Below, piece after piece: positions 19,079 to 30,056 of a DNA stretch of 64,000 bases (position 1 is its first letter; each line of letters opens with the position of its first letter). The translations under genes were made by a program, and so were the position numbers. The notes beneath the pieces were generated by a model that was not told the DNA's origin, ran no database searches, and saw only the letters and a list, made by a program, of their open reading frames with translations. The DNA is from Actinomycetota bacterium (lineage in GTDB: Bacteria > Actinomycetota > Acidimicrobiia > IMCC26256 > PALSA-610), in contig JBEPUZ010000001.1 in the NCBI GenBank assembly GCA_041691275.1, forward strand, positions 21,400 through 85,399, written 5' to 3'.

Positions 19079-20107
19079 TCAACGACCTGCGCGGAGATCG
19101 GCTTCGGTCTTGGCGCCGAGATGCGGCGCGGCCGGGCACCAGTAGTAGCCAGCGGCTCCGGGGTGTGCGACCCAGCCCGAGGGTGGGAACGCGGGGGTCT
19201 GCGGCGCGGCCTGAGGGAGCGGCGGGAGCCCCGGCGGCAGACCGGGCATGCCGCCCGGCGGGAGTCCCGGCATGCCGGGGAGGGACGGAAGCGACGGGAT
19301 CGTCGGCTGCGGGAAGGAGGGCTGTTGTGCCTGCATGCCCATCTGCGGCATGCCCGGGATCTGCGGCTGCATCTGGGTTGGGATCTGCGGCTGCATCTGG
19401 GGCATGAAGCCGCCCATCTGCGGGGCCTGCATCGGGGGAGCGGCCTGCGGCATCGGCGCGGTCGGGATCCCCATCGAGGGCATGAACCCGCCGGGCGCAG
19501 TCGGGGACCCGAACCCGCCGGGCGCAGTCGGGGCCTGGGCCTGCATCTGCGGCATGAAGCCGCCGGGCGCGTTCGGGATGGACGGGGCGCCACCCATCGG
19601 CGCGTGGCCCATCGGAGCTCCGGTCGGGGCCACCGACGCGTCGTTGATGCGCGACGCGAACGTCTTCGGCGTCGGGCCCCAGCGATGCACCATGAACAGG
19701 TTCTTCGTCTTCTGCGTGGTGATCTCCTGCGTGTCGCAGTGCAGGAAGCGGCCACGGATCAGCTGCCTCGAGTCGACGGTCGCATCGACGTGCGCCTCCG
19801 TCACCGACGCGCGCATCTGTGCTTCCTGCGTCTGCGGGTCGATCCCGAAGGCCGAGGCGACGAAGCACAGGATGTTGCCGGGGGTGTTCGGCTGCTTGAG
19901 ATCGGGCGCCCACGAGGGCCGATACCCGACCGGCGCCTCGTTCGGGTTGTTCGTCTCGTGCACGACGAACTCCGCGATGTACCGCGTGCCGGTGTGGCCG
20001 TTCAAGATCGAGCACTGCACGATCTCGAGGATGCCGCTGAAGTTGTCGGGCAGCTTGGGCCCCGACTGGCTGACGGATGCTTGCTGGATGTTACCGAAGA
20101 TTCCCAC
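19079..20107 (-). CDS. Putative ssDNA-binding protein with long Met/Pro/Gln/Gly low-complexity tail
   Basis: Beta-rich N-terminal ~155 aa between polymerase and helicase; AGGAGG RBS; function inferred from position. Confidence 0.5.
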   Translation of the reverse strand: MGIFGNIQQASVSQSGPKLPDNFSGILEIVQCSILNGHTGTRYIAEFVVHETNNPNEAPVGYRPSWAPDLKQPNTPGNILCFVASAFGIDPQTQEAQMRASVTEAHVDATVDSRQLIRGRFLHCDTQEITTQKTKNLFMVHRWGPTPKTFASRINDASVAPTGAPMGHAPMGGAPSIPNAPGGFMPQMQAQAPTAPGGFGSPTAPGGFMPSMGIPTAPMPQAAPPMQAPQMGGFMPQMQPQIPTQMQPQIPGMPQMGMQAQQPSFPQPTIPSLPSLPGMPGLPPGGMPGLPPGLPPLPQAAPQTPAFPPSGWVAHPGAAGYYWCPAAPHLGAKTEADLRAGR

Positions 20108-20142
20108 TATTTCCTCCTACGTTCGGGGTCCGATTGCCCGGC

Positions 20143-20535
20143 TCAGGCCGGGTAATACTTCGTCGCGCGCTTCTGCCCGCGACGCTTGATCTGCTTGGTC
20201 GCGAGCAGCTTCTTGATCGGCAGCTCGATGTCCGTGAGCTGGAGGCCGAGAGTCTTCTTGATCGACTCGGCGCCGTAGCCTGGGAAGGTCCGCACGGTCT
20301 CGAGCACGGCGTCCGACACCTTCGCGAGCTCCTCGTGGGAGCGCTTGATGGGACGTGCGGCGCGCGGCTTGGCGGCGGGCTTGGTGACCACCTTCACGAT
20401 TTTCGTGATCGAGCCGGTCGCGGTCGGCCCCACCGGCTTCAGCCTGGCGCCTCCGAGCTTCGCGAGGATCTCCTGACGAGCCTCCTCGCGGTAGTGGTCA
20501 CGGAGCTGTCCGAGAATCGCTTCGATCTGGGTCAT
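20143..20535 (-). CDS. Basic winged-helix DNA-binding protein (Polyangia-type)
   Basis: KRSHEEL...PGYGAESIKKTLG...LPIKKLLATKQIKRRGQKRATKYY. Confidence 0.7.
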   Translation of the reverse strand: MTQIEAILGQLRDHYREEARQEILAKLGGARLKPVGPTATGSITKIVKVVTKPAAKPRAARPIKRSHEELAKVSDAVLETVRTFPGYGAESIKKTLGLQLTDIELPIKKLLATKQIKRRGQKRATKYYPA

Positions 20536-20634
20536 GGTCGTAGCCCCTCCTGAGGGCAGTGGTGGAGGTCGCGGTGTATCTTCGCGACGAGTGGATGTCA
20601 AGTCACTTGTCAAGCGGCTTTAAGGAGCGCCCCG

Positions 20635-23600
20635 TCACCGCCACAACGCCTCCCTGTCGGGCGCGTTCGGGATCGTGATGTCGGCGTAGCAGAGCCGTTG
20701 CTCCTGACCCTCCATGTCGGAGGCGCGGCGCGCGTCCGAGCACGCCTTGTCGAAGTCGGCGAAGATCTCCGGCACGGCCGCGAGCACGTCGACCGTGACC
20801 TCATCCGCGAGCTGTCCTTCGCGGTGCGTTCTGCTCTGGAGCTGTTCCATCTGCATGCCCGTCGTCGGCGTGCTCACGATCAGGTTCTGGTTCCAGCCGT
20901 CTTGCAGGTTCAACCCCGCCGAGTTCGCGTCGATGCTCGCGATCATCGGCGTGTGCTTGGGGTGATCCTCGATGAAGCGGCCGTTCTGATCGAGGCCTTG
21001 CTGCGCGTAGTACGACAGCCCCGTGTACGCGCTCAGTGCCTTGCCGAACTCGACGAACTTCACCCAGATGATGCCGGGATTCTTCGCCGCCCACGCCTTG
21101 CACGCGTCGAGCGTCGCGCGAGAGAGCCAGATCGCCTCCTTGTTCTTCTCGGCGTCGAACGTCGGCTCCTCGCGCATCCACTCCTCGTAGACGGTGCGCA
21201 TCGTGCGGCCGGCCATGCCGAGCTCGTCGCCCCACGGATGATCGTCGTACACGCCTTCGAGGATCGCGCGCTCGACCATCGCCGCGGACATGATGCCTCG
21301 TCGATTCGTCCGCAGCACCTCGCGCACGACCGAGGCCCACTCGCGTCGGAGGCGTCGCCACTGATCGGGCGGGGCGGGGTTCCATCGGTAGAAGAAGCCG
21401 CAGTTCATCGTGCGGAGGTGCCGCCACAGCTCAAGCTGGTCGACGATCTCGACCTTGTCCGGGCGCTCCCACGTCATCTTCATCTGCGCGACGTGCGCGG
21501 TGATGGCCGGGTCGTTCACCACGAGGGGGCTTATCCGAAGCGAGACGCCGAGCGCGCCCTCCTGCGTGGCGATGACACCTGGAGTCTCCGTCAGGCGCCT
21601 CCGGTAGGCCTTGCGGACGCCGCGCAGTCGGTCGGGCTCCGCGAGCTCCTCAGGGGAGCACAGCTCGAGCAGGACGCCCGGATCGAGCGTCGGGCCCTTC
21701 TCGTCGGGATCGCGCTCCCACCACTTCACGTCACCCTCGGCGTCGAACGAGATCGAGGTCTCGTCGTCGAGCGCGCTCGACCACTCGACGAGCGACTTGA
21801 ACTCGCGCGGGACGGGCGATCCGTCGCCTAGGCACCATCCGGCGATGTGCGCGTAGTCCTTGATCGAGCGCTTCGCGATCGTGCCCGACATGGCGACGAC
21901 CTTGGTCTCCGGATTGGCGTCCAGATAGGCACTCAGGCGCTTGACCCGCGCCGCGGCGCGGTTTTTAAGGCGGTGGCACTCGTCGAAGATGATGACGTCC
22001 GGACGCTGGATATTGAGCTCGTTCTCGGACTGCATCAGGCCCAGAATCTCGTAGGACATGACCCGGCAATGCGGGATGTACCAGTCCTTCCGATAGCGCG
22101 CCGCGTCGCGTAGCGTCTTTTCCTTCAAGGCCGCAGGGACCACCAGCAAAGGACGCACTGAGTTGAGTGCCAAGAAGCCCAGAAGGCTCAATAGCGTATT
22201 GTGTACGATGATCCCGTCGCACACGAAATTGCGCGTGGCTGGGACACTGAGATCGGCCACGGGCCGTTCACCTACGCCCACTACGCTGACTGCCTGCGTC
22301 CAGATAACGTCTGCATACGCCATCCAAGCGCGTTGCCCTCGATACCCCAGGGCTTCGATCACATTGCGAAATCGACTCCGGCTGCACCAGCCATCGCCGC
22401 CTACCATTAGGCCCGCCCTGAGCATCATTCTGACGGTGTCGCTCCAACCCATCTCCTTGGCCATACTATCGGCCATGCGTCCGTTGATCGGCACCACGTC
22501 GACATTGGAGTTGCGCACGATGTCCCTCAAGCGATCCGTCACGCCGGAGCTGGCTTTCTCCTTGCCTAGAACAGGCCCTATTCGAGTTCCGAACGTGACG
22601 GCCTCTCCTCCCGTAATCGTGAGGCGCCAGGCATCGAACTCGCGCTTCACGCCGCCTTTGGTGTACGACGAGCGCTTGTATTTCTTCCGGCTATGGATGC
22701 CGAGCCTGAGCAGCAGAAACTTGAGATCGTATATCATCTTCTCCGAGGCCAAAACGATCTCAAAACCGTTAGCGGTAGTGTAGCCATCGCAGGCCCAGAA
22801 TCGATTCAGAAACAGAGCGATCTGATGATCGGGCAGCCCCCAGAACTCCGCAGGAAGGCGTTTGGCTTTCGCGAGTCCGTGGAGTCCCCATCGCTCTCTG
22901 AACGCATGCGCTTTACGTACCGAGTAGTCCTGACATCGAACCCCCGCCGCGGCTCGCTTCAGCGAGCTCTGCGTTGCCTGGGGGCGGAAACCTGTGATTC
23001 GTTCGGCCACATCCAGAAACTCGGCAACGACAGAGGGCGTCCCGTTGGTGAAAGACGTAGTGCTTTGCGAGACTCCGCCGTCGCTGAGTAGGTACGACGC
23101 GAACAAGACCTCATCGTCCGACGCGATCGTGACCGTCTCGCCGGCCTCTTGTCTGATTATTCGAGGTGTCGCGACTAACGTCCCTGTGGCGATGCTCGAA
23201 GCGTACTGCCACCCGTTCTGCGTCAGGACAGGGTGGTCGATACTGACTACGGTCTCGGCCCCGTCCGCCAGCACGAGTCGCACGCACGGCTTAGATCCAG
23301 ACGGAAAAGCCACCGCGTCCTGCGTTCGGACGGGGCCGTCTCCCTGCAGGGACTTCACCTTCAAAGGTCCGAACTCACCTGCGGTTCTGCGCTTGCCGGT
23401 GGCCACGTCGTATATTTCGCTGGCGTAGTCAACGCACTTGCCAGATCCGGTACGCGCACTGACGAACAATCCCTTGCGCGCATGCATCTCCCAGAGCGCG
23501 GCCGTCTGCACCGGGCGCAAGGTCGCCGTGCTCCCTGGGCGTCGAAGGTGCTTCACGAAGTACGCCTCGACCTCGCGCTGATCGCGCGACTCCCACTCGC

Positions 23601-23685
23601 GACGAGGCAACGCCTTGATGCGCTGGAAGTCGTAGGAGCTCAACACGCCGCGTCGGTTGCGCGGCTTGGGCAGTAGTTCGCTCAC
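20635..23685 (-). CDS. SNF2-family helicase containing an intein
   Basis: LRPVQ, TGSGK|T, DECH, SGT, GLNLQ, QSRTHREGQ motifs. Confidence 0.9.
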   Translation of the reverse strand: MSELLPKPRNRRGVLSSYDFQRIKALPRREWESRDQREVEAYFVKHLRRPGSTATLRPVQTAALWEMHARKGLFVSARTGSGKCVDYASEIYDVATGKRRTAGEFGPLKVKSLQGDGPVRTQDAVAFPSGSKPCVRLVLADGAETVVSIDHPVLTQNGWQYASSIATGTLVATPRIIRQEAGETVTIASDDEVLFASYLLSDGGVSQSTTSFTNGTPSVVAEFLDVAERITGFRPQATQSSLKRAAAGVRCQDYSVRKAHAFRERWGLHGLAKAKRLPAEFWGLPDHQIALFLNRFWACDGYTTANGFEIVLASEKMIYDLKFLLLRLGIHSRKKYKRSSYTKGGVKREFDAWRLTITGGEAVTFGTRIGPVLGKEKASSGVTDRLRDIVRNSNVDVVPINGRMADSMAKEMGWSDTVRMMLRAGLMVGGDGWCSRSRFRNVIEALGYRGQRAWMAYADVIWTQAVSVVGVGERPVADLSVPATRNFVCDGIIVHNTLLSLLGFLALNSVRPLLVVPAALKEKTLRDAARYRKDWYIPHCRVMSYEILGLMQSENELNIQRPDVIIFDECHRLKNRAAARVKRLSAYLDANPETKVVAMSGTIAKRSIKDYAHIAGWCLGDGSPVPREFKSLVEWSSALDDETSISFDAEGDVKWWERDPDEKGPTLDPGVLLELCSPEELAEPDRLRGVRKAYRRRLTETPGVIATQEGALGVSLRISPLVVNDPAITAHVAQMKMTWERPDKVEIVDQLELWRHLRTMNCGFFYRWNPAPPDQWRRLRREWASVVREVLRTNRRGIMSAAMVERAILEGVYDDHPWGDELGMAGRTMRTVYEEWMREEPTFDAEKNKEAIWLSRATLDACKAWAAKNPGIIWVKFVEFGKALSAYTGLSYYAQQGLDQNGRFIEDHPKHTPMIASIDANSAGLNLQDGWNQNLIVSTPTTGMQMEQLQSRTHREGQLADEVTVDVLAAVPEIFADFDKACSDARRASDMEGQEQRLCYADITIPNAPDREALWR
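22198..23436 (-). mobile_element. Intein (413 aa) with LAGLIDADG homing endonuclease
   Basis: Begins CVDYAS after GSGK and ends IIVHN before T; block B SIDHPV; YLLSDG and FWACDG motifs; different codon usage from flanks. Confidence 0.92.
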
Positions 23686-24701
23686 AGGCTCTCCGTCACT
23701 GCTTCGATGAAACGGGCCGCGACCGGCGCCGTGATCGCGTTCCCGTAGGCGCGCAGTCGTCCCACTCTCGCGGTAGACCCATGAGAAAGCGGGAATGTGC
23801 CGGGTTCAGTTGGCCGCCACTTTCCATCGGTGCACCAGACCCATTCGCAATCGGCCCACGGGTCGAGAGGGTCGCTTGGAGACTGAGGCTGGTCAGCGAC
23901 ACGCCGAGACTCGATCCCGACTCCGCCGCCTTCTCCTTCCGCGCCAAGAACTGCTCGACCGTCCCTCCCGCCTCCTGCGCTGCCGGAGTCGCCCAGGAGG
24001 CCAGCGCCGCCGCCCCCGGGAGTCGATCGGTCCCTTGAGCCGGGCCTCCGTTCGGGCCGTCCTGCGAGCACGGCGTCGGCCACGGCGCCACGATCGGCAC
24101 CACCATCCTGGCCGCGTCCGTGAGCGTCGTGCCCGCGTGATGCGTCTCGGTGACTTCGTATCCTCTCGCGCCACTGCTTGCGCCATCCTGAGTCGTCGTC
24201 GTCGGCCAGTGCGACGATCCAGAGTCGGTTTCGGATGTGCGGCGCCCCGACGCCGCAAGCCGGAATATCGACCGCCCCGACGGTGTAGCCCTCTCCTTCC
24301 AGGTCAGTCGAAAGAGCGTCGAGCCAAGCGAGTGCAGACTTGCTTGCAACCTGTTCGCCAAAGATCGCGCGAGGGCGGCGCTCGCGGATGAGCCTGAACC
24401 ACTCTGGCCAGAGGTGGCGCTCGTCGTCGAAGCCTTTTTGGCGGCCGGCATCGCTCCATCCCTGACAGGGGCAGCTACCGGTCCAGACAGGTAGATCGTC
24501 CGGCCATCCGGCGAGACGGAGAGCGTGCGACCACGCCCCGAGCCCGGCGAAGAAATGCGCCTGTCCCGAGCCAATGTCGCTCGGACCCACCTCTGCAATC
24601 GAGCGTTCATCGACTCTCCCGGACGCGATCTTCCCGGCCGCAGCGAGGTTGCGTAGCCACGCGGCCGGGAAGGGATCGAACTCATTGTAATAGGCCGCCA
24701 C
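23682..24701 (-). CDS. C5-cytosine DNA methyltransferase (large subunit)
   Basis: [33 protein letters not shown]. Confidence 0.88.
   Translation of the reverse strand: MAAYYNEFDPFPAAWLRNLAAAGKIASGRVDERSIAEVGPSDIGSGQAHFFAGLGAWSHALRLAGWPDDLPVWTGSCPCQGWSDAGRQKGFDDERHLWPEWFRLIRERRPRAIFGEQVASKSALAWLDALSTDLEGEGYTVGAVDIPACGVGAPHIRNRLWIVALADDDDSGWRKQWRERIRSHRDASRGHDAHGRGQDGGADRGAVADAVLAGRPERRPGSRDRSTPGGGGAGLLGDSGSAGGGRDGRAVLGAEGEGGGVGIESRRVADQPQSPSDPLDPWADCEWVWCTDGKWRPTEPGTFPLSHGSTARVGRLRAYGNAITAPVAARFIEAVTESL
23696..24451 (-). CDS. Nested out-of-frame methyltransferase small subunit (WPTP repeats, motif IX-like)
   Basis: WPTT/WPTP/WATP repeats and [18 protein letters not shown] inside the MTase gene; start uncertain. 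Confidence 0.6.
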   Translation of the reverse strand: MPAAKKASTTSATSGQSGSGSSASAALARSLANRLQASLHSLGSTLFRLTWKERATPSGRSIFRLAASGRRTSETDSGSSHWPTTTTQDGASSGARGYEVTETHHAGTTLTDAARMVVPIVAPWPTPCSQDGPNGGPAQGTDRLPGAAALASWATPAAQEAGGTVEQFLARKEKAAESGSSLGVSLTSLSLQATLSTRGPIANGSGAPMESGGQLNPAHSRFLMGLPREWDDCAPTGTRSRRRSRPVSSKQ

Positions 24702-24710
24702 CGAGTCAGA

Positions 24711-26336
24711 TCAGGATTCGATCTCGGCCACCACGCTGCGCGCATAATCGACGAGCTGCTTGGGCGTCGTCTGCGAGCCCCACGCGAGCGGCAGCAGCAC
24801 ACAGACCACCTGCGTGATCCGGTCTCCGGTCGAGGTGCCGAAGATGTCCTCGGCGGGGATGGATGCCGTCGGGACGGCGCCGGTGCCGAAGGATGTCTGT
24901 GCAGCGACGGGGGCGGCCCCCACCTGCACGCCAGCCGCACGAGCCGCGCGGATCTTTTCGCGGACGCCCGGCTCGCGAAGGCGCTTCACGTCGAGGCCCA
25001 TGCTCGTCGCGAGCGCGACGAGCTGCTCCTTCTTCATCCCGTCGAGCTCGTCGGCCGTCGTGGCCGTCGCCACCGGCTCGAGCCGCAGCGGCTGCCCGAC
25101 GCCCTCGGGGGCGTTCACCGAACCGAACGGCAGGCCGTCGGGTCCGATCATGACGATGGGCGGGAGGACCCCCTGCGGCGTGGTCGGCAGCCCATGGATC
25201 GTGGGCGGGCCCGCCGTGAAGGTGATCGGCGACTGCGCGGCCTGCATCGCGGGGGCGGTCTGCATGGGCGGCGGCGCGAGCTGCGCCTGGATGACGGGGG
25301 GCTGCGCCTGGATGACGGGGAGTTGCTGCGCCTGGATGACGGGGAGTTGCTGCGCGACGTAGATCTGACGGATCTCGCGCGTCGCCGTGTTCCACTCGTA
25401 TCCGGGCGTGGTGTGCGCGACCCACTCGCCCTGCGCGATGGCCGGCGCTTGGGGCATGTACTGCGGCACCTGGGCGGAGGCGGCGTTCGCGCCGGCGGCC
25501 TGTTGCGTCGCGAGGGCGATCTGCTGATCGAGGGGCAAGTTGCTGGGGGTCTGACCGTTCATGTTCATGGCTACTCTCAACCTTTCTACACCGGAAACGG
25601 GACAATAGTTGATATGGGGGCAGCCCCCATACTTCTTGCAGGAATCGAGATTCGGCGGAAGGTCTGCGGCCTTTCGATCCGATCCGCGCAGCTTGATGAG
25701 CTCGACCGCGAGCTTGTCGAGCGGCTCGAGACGGTACCTGGACTCGTCTCGGTGCACGCGGAGATGCACCTTCTTCGACACGTAGGGCTTGTGCTGGCTG
25801 TAGTAGACCCAGAGGAGATCGGTCTCCTTCGCCAGAGGGAAGTGTTCGAGGATGGCGTTGGCGTAGATGATCGCCTGCGCGTCAGTGCGAAGCGTCTCCT
25901 CGTCCAGGGCGTACTGGAAGTTCTTGGATCCGGTGGTCTTGTGATCGCCGATGCCGGGGATCACGCCCTCGACGCCGTAGTGGACGGGCATGACGTACTG
26001 GTTATTCAACGACGCCCAGGCGAAATCGACGCGGCCCGTCCAGTGCCGCATATGGAAGTTGCCCTCGATGTCGAGATGCTGCCCCGGCGGCGGCAGATGG
26101 TGCATCCCGCCGTACGCGATGCGCCCGGGGTGGAACTCGACGTTGTCGATGACGAGACGCTCGGGATCGGGCGCGACGCCCTTCGAGAGCCAGTCCTCGA
26201 GGATCTTGTGGACGCGCTCGCCGACCAAGGCGTTGCGCTGCGTCGGTGTTTGGATTTTTTCGAGCTTGGAGAACGCCCATTTACGCGGGCATTCGACGAA
26301 GGTGTTGATCTGCGAAGCGGAGACGGAGTAGCTCAT
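24711..26336 (-). CDS. PD-(D/E)xK (Cas4/RecB-like) exonuclease with Q/P-rich extension
   Basis: [36 protein letters not shown]. Confidence 0.82.
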   Translation of the reverse strand: MSYSVSASQINTFVECPRKWAFSKLEKIQTPTQRNALVGERVHKILEDWLSKGVAPDPERLVIDNVEFHPGRIAYGGMHHLPPPGQHLDIEGNFHMRHWTGRVDFAWASLNNQYVMPVHYGVEGVIPGIGDHKTTGSKNFQYALDEETLRTDAQAIIYANAILEHFPLAKETDLLWVYYSQHKPYVSKKVHLRVHRDESRYRLEPLDKLAVELIKLRGSDRKAADLPPNLDSCKKYGGCPHINYCPVSGVERLRVAMNMNGQTPSNLPLDQQIALATQQAAGANAASAQVPQYMPQAPAIAQGEWVAHTTPGYEWNTATREIRQIYVAQQLPVIQAQQLPVIQAQPPVIQAQLAPPPMQTAPAMQAAQSPITFTAGPPTIHGLPTTPQGVLPPIVMIGPDGLPFGSVNAPEGVGQPLRLEPVATATTADELDGMKKEQLVALATSMGLDVKRLREPGVREKIRAARAAGVQVGAAPVAAQTSFGTGAVPTASIPAEDIFGTSTGDRITQVVCVLLPLAWGSQTTPKQLVDYARSVVAEIES

Positions 26337-26445
26337 CGCAGCCGCCAGACGAGCCAGCAAACGGCCGCGACGAAGCCGATCTCGCCGATGAAGATCATGC
26401 TTCGTGTGAAGGCCTGGATGCGATCCTGAGTGTCCATGAAGCCTC

Positions 26446-29076
26446 CTAGTTCACTACTGTCCCGGTGCGTCGTACAGTGGCCTTCTCGATGCCGATGAGC
26501 GCATCCTGCACGGTCTTCATGTCCAGGTACCCGGTCGCCTGACCCCACATCACCAACGCGCTCAGATCGAAGTTCCTCATACGCGAGGTGCGTCCGTCCG
26601 GGCCCCGCTGGAAGGCCTCTCTCGACAGACCGCCGAGCGCTCGAGCGATTGCGGTCGGGGTCGGGGGCGTGCCTCGATCCTGGATGTAGAGCGTCCAGGC
26701 CTCGTGGATCGCGCGCGCCGTGACGAACAACTGCGTTCCGTCCGACAGGATGAGCTTGTCTCGGCTGTACTGGGCCGTGAAGATCTGGGGCCTGAGCAGA
26801 TAGCCCGCCACCCACTGGCAGATCTGCGCTCGCAGCCCGGTCTGCGTCGAGAGCGACTCGACGAGCTCTTTCGACTCGCCCGCGACGATGAAGCGCCCCT
26901 CGCGCTTCACCTCCCAGTTCTCCACCAGCCACATCACATGGCGAGCGACGCGATCCTCGGCCATCCACTGCGTCGTGTCGTGCGCGAGGATGAACTCACG
27001 CGCTTCCGGCTGCACCGGCAAATGCAGGAATCGCTCGGAGAAGGCCGAGATGTCGTGCTCGGTCAGGTGCTCGGCCGTCTCGAGCAGGCCGCGGTTGTTG
27101 GCGGCGAGGATCAACCGCAGAGCCCCCTTCACGGTCGCTGCGGGCCTGTACTTCCGGTTCAGCGTACGAGTGCGCGCCTGGATGAACTCGCGGATCTCGG
27201 CGGTCTGCAGGTGCCCTCGGGAGTCCTTGGGCACGGTCTCGTCGGCGAAGACGATGGGGCACTTCGTGATCAGCTCGTTGAAGGCCGCCATCGCATCCTT
27301 CAACGGCGTCGGCGCACCCTCGGTGAAGATCCTGGCGACGGCGTGCGCGAGGAGGCTCTTGCCGGTGCCAGGCGGGCCCTCGAGGTAGAGCGCCGCGCAG
27401 GGCTCGTCAAGCTTGGTGACGCTGGCCAGCCAGTCGAACAGCTTCGGGGCTCGCTCCTCTCCGGCCAGGAGCGTCAGCCAGCGCTCGACGTCGGGATCGT
27501 ACCGGCTCGTGACCCGGATCGGACACGGCGCCTCGATGAAGTGCCGGGTGATCGGATCGTAATGGGCCCGCTGCGCCGTCAGATCCACCACAACCTCGTT
27601 CGCTACCGAGCCGTAACTCTCCATGAGCTCTCCTATCGTCTTTCGACGGCTGCCTCGTTGCGTCATCTCGTAGAGATCGACGCCTACGGTCGCCGCGGGG
27701 GCCAGATCTCGAAGCGCGGCATTCACGACATCGGCCTCGCCGTAGCATCGGTACGCGCCGTCGCAGAGCAGGTAGTACGACGCGCCTTTCTGTATGACCC
27801 AGCGGCGCTGCAGCTCGTCGGCGCGGTGCCCCAGGTTCTCGGCCATCTGCAGGATGTCCTCCTGCACGTAGGCCTCGCCTCGCGCGCCGTTGAAGGCCTC
27901 CGCGATCCGGGTCGTGTGATCGACGACGGGGGTGTTCGGCTCTTTCCAGTCGCAGAACCCTAGGATCACCTCACGACTGAGGTGCGTGGGCTGCATCTGG
28001 GCCAGACTAGGCATGAACAGATCGGCCACGGCCTGACGATCTGCGACCGGGTGGCGATCCAGAATCTCGCGCACCAACCGAACCGTTAGCGGGTGCCGCC
28101 CTCCGCTCTCCGCGTACGGCTCGCCCCTCACGATTCGCTCGAGCGCCTCACCCAGATCTCGCTTCTTCGGAGAGGCCTTGAGCGCCCTCGCGATGCGCCC
28201 CAGATCGTGCCTGTCGAGCGTCGTCCGACTACGGGCGACGACAACCGGCGAAGCGTCTCGAGGCTGGGGTCCCAGCGCCGCGAGCAGCGTGTCGATATCG
28301 AGGCTGAGGCCGGGCACCGCCTGGTAGAGCGGCGCCACCCCCGTGCCCTCCTGGAACGATGGCGCGTAATAGCGATGCGCCAGATCCTTGCATCCGGTGT
28401 CGCTCAGGCCCGCGAAGAGCTGCCTGCTCAGCACATCCCAGATGCGAGGCCACTCGGACGGCAGCACCATCCGACTGAAAGGGAACACGATTCGCAGCTG
28501 GTAGTACGTGCCGGCGAGGGCTGGGATCAGATTGCCGATCTTGTCCTTGTACGAACTATCGGGCTTCTTCCGTCTACCTGTATGACTGAACGTCGACATC
28601 ACGACGTGCGCGAGCCCTGCGCCGCGCAGCGGCCCGAGCACCTTCGAGAGATCCGACTCGTGGAGATCATCGAAGTCGAAGATCGCGAACCACACCCCGA
28701 TGACGAACTTCGTCTCGCCCTTCTTCGGGCCGTGACCCGGCATCCACTCCGTCGCGTTGAAGAGCTGCGGCGAGTCCTTCCGCACCGCCGACTTGTGCTG
28801 TCCGATCGCCTCCACGAGCGAGGGCCAGTCGGGGCACTCGTGCAACGTGACGCGCGTGTCGTTCAGACGCGGGAATGTGCTGACCTTGAAGATCGACCTG
28901 CTCCGACAGTGAGGTAGGTCGACCCCCGAGCTCGAAACGAGTGCCGGTGCCGGTGCCGCGTCGCGTTGCACCCAGGCTCGCCGCCGGCGTGACGCAATCG
29001 ACAACGGCACCCGTTGCGAGCCCGGGGAGGGCCTAGGTGCGAGTCGACTTGTATCTGCGCGGTCGGGCGGTGTCAA
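26446..29076 (-). CDS. Primase-helicase (prim-pol N-terminus, NrS-1/DUF5906-like helicase)
   Basis: DFDD, STFSH, LRIVFPFSR, Walker A GPPGTGKS, FADE, AANN; true start probably downstream of 29076. Confidence 0.85.
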   Translation of the reverse strand: MTPPDRADTSRLAPRPSPGSQRVPLSIASRRRRAWVQRDAAPAPALVSSSGVDLPHCRSRSIFKVSTFPRLNDTRVTLHECPDWPSLVEAIGQHKSAVRKDSPQLFNATEWMPGHGPKKGETKFVIGVWFAIFDFDDLHESDLSKVLGPLRGAGLAHVVMSTFSHTGRRKKPDSSYKDKIGNLIPALAGTYYQLRIVFPFSRMVLPSEWPRIWDVLSRQLFAGLSDTGCKDLAHRYYAPSFQEGTGVAPLYQAVPGLSLDIDTLLAALGPQPRDASPVVVARSRTTLDRHDLGRIARALKASPKKRDLGEALERIVRGEPYAESGGRHPLTVRLVREILDRHPVADRQAVADLFMPSLAQMQPTHLSREVILGFCDWKEPNTPVVDHTTRIAEAFNGARGEAYVQEDILQMAENLGHRADELQRRWVIQKGASYYLLCDGAYRCYGEADVVNAALRDLAPAATVGVDLYEMTQRGSRRKTIGELMESYGSVANEVVVDLTAQRAHYDPITRHFIEAPCPIRVTSRYDPDVERWLTLLAGEERAPKLFDWLASVTKLDEPCAALYLEGPPGTGKSLLAHAVARIFTEGAPTPLKDAMAAFNELITKCPIVFADETVPKDSRGHLQTAEIREFIQARTRTLNRKYRPAATVKGALRLILAANNRGLLETAEHLTEHDISAFSERFLHLPVQPEAREFILAHDTTQWMAEDRVARHVMWLVENWEVKREGRFIVAGESKELVESLSTQTGLRAQICQWVAGYLLRPQIFTAQYSRDKLILSDGTQLFVTARAIHEAWTLYIQDRGTPPTPTAIARALGGLSREAFQRGPDGRTSRMRNFDLSALVMWGQATGYLDMKTVQDALIGIEKATVRRTGTVVN

Positions 29077-29129
29077 GAAACTCGTGACGGTCTGGCGACA
29101 CGTGCGACGCGATGGCTGTCACAGTCAGG

Positions 29130-29576
29130 TCAGTCGTCCTCGTCCTCGTCCTCGTCCTCGGGCTCGATGACGGCGTTCTGGATCCCCTCCCACAGCCCCG
29201 AGGCCTTCACGGCCTTCTCCGGACGCAGGAACTCGATGGCGCGCTCGATCAGGACGGGGTCGCGCCTGAACGCGCTGATCCCGAAGCTGCACTTGGGGCA
29301 GAGCAGGCCGCAGAGGCGCCCGTGCGGGTCCAGATCGAGATGGAAGCTCCGCCGTCGATTCATGTCGAGGGCGCGGCGGCAGACGGCGCAGCCCCCCTCC
29401 TGGGCGGTCCAGAGCCGCGTCACCTCGGCGACGTCGGTGCCTGCCCGCCGCGCGCTGCGCTCGAACGCGGCGCACTCGGGACAGAGCCGGTACCGACCCC
29501 CTGCGGATCGAGGCCGAGCCTCGAACGCGTCGAGGGATTTCGACTGCCTGCAGCCTTCACAGATTTTATAGTCCAC
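29130..29576 (-). CDS. Endonuclease VII-like protein, possibly inactive
   Basis: CEGC..CPEC Zn finger, QEGGCAVC, GLLCPKC; expected DHDH and CN read DLDPH and CS. Confidence 0.65.
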   Translation of the reverse strand: MDYKICEGCRQSKSLDAFEARPRSAGGRYRLCPECAAFERSARRAGTDVAEVTRLWTAQEGGCAVCRRALDMNRRRSFHLDLDPHGRLCGLLCPKCSFGISAFRRDPVLIERAIEFLRPEKAVKASGLWEGIQNAVIEPEDEDEDEDD

Positions 29577-30027
29577 TAGACGACCCTCCTTAACCTGAAC
29601 CGGAACGCGGTGACACAAATTCCGGAAAAGACTTCTCCCGCGAGTTTTCGAGCGGCGACCGACCGTACGGTACCCACCGTCGGTATTGCTAGTCCCTCTT
29701 CTGACGAAGTCTCCTTCCAGTGGTGTGTTGGTGTGTTGATCTATGAATATAGCTATATTTAAGGTAGTCACGTTCACATAGATCTAAGATATAAAGCCGT
29801 GATCAACCGTGATGGGCCGTGGCAGGGACTATGAACGTCGAAAACTAGACGTGCAATACCAATCGTACCCGCAGTACAGTATCGTGTAGGCTCAGGTGCG
29901 CAGGGCACTACTGTAAGCGTGATGGCTACATGTAGTTATGCGTCATCTAGCCTCAACTCCATCACGGCACGAACGCATCACGGCGTCTCATAGTACCGAA
30001 TTTATAGATCCGCATGTTGATGAAACC
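29577..30027. other. AT-rich divergent intergenic region, candidate replication origin
   Basis: 14-bp palindrome AATATAGCTATATT (29746-29759); CCGTGAT repeats at 29797 and 29807 with inverted ATCACGG at 29961 and 29977. Confidence 0.45.
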
Positions 30028-30056
30028 TTGCGAATCACCGCCCTCTCAGGTAGAGC
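30028..30056 (+). promoter_or_regulatory. Sigma70-like promoter, leaderless
   Basis: TTGCGA-N17-TAGAGC, 6 nt before ATG 30063. Confidence 0.55.
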
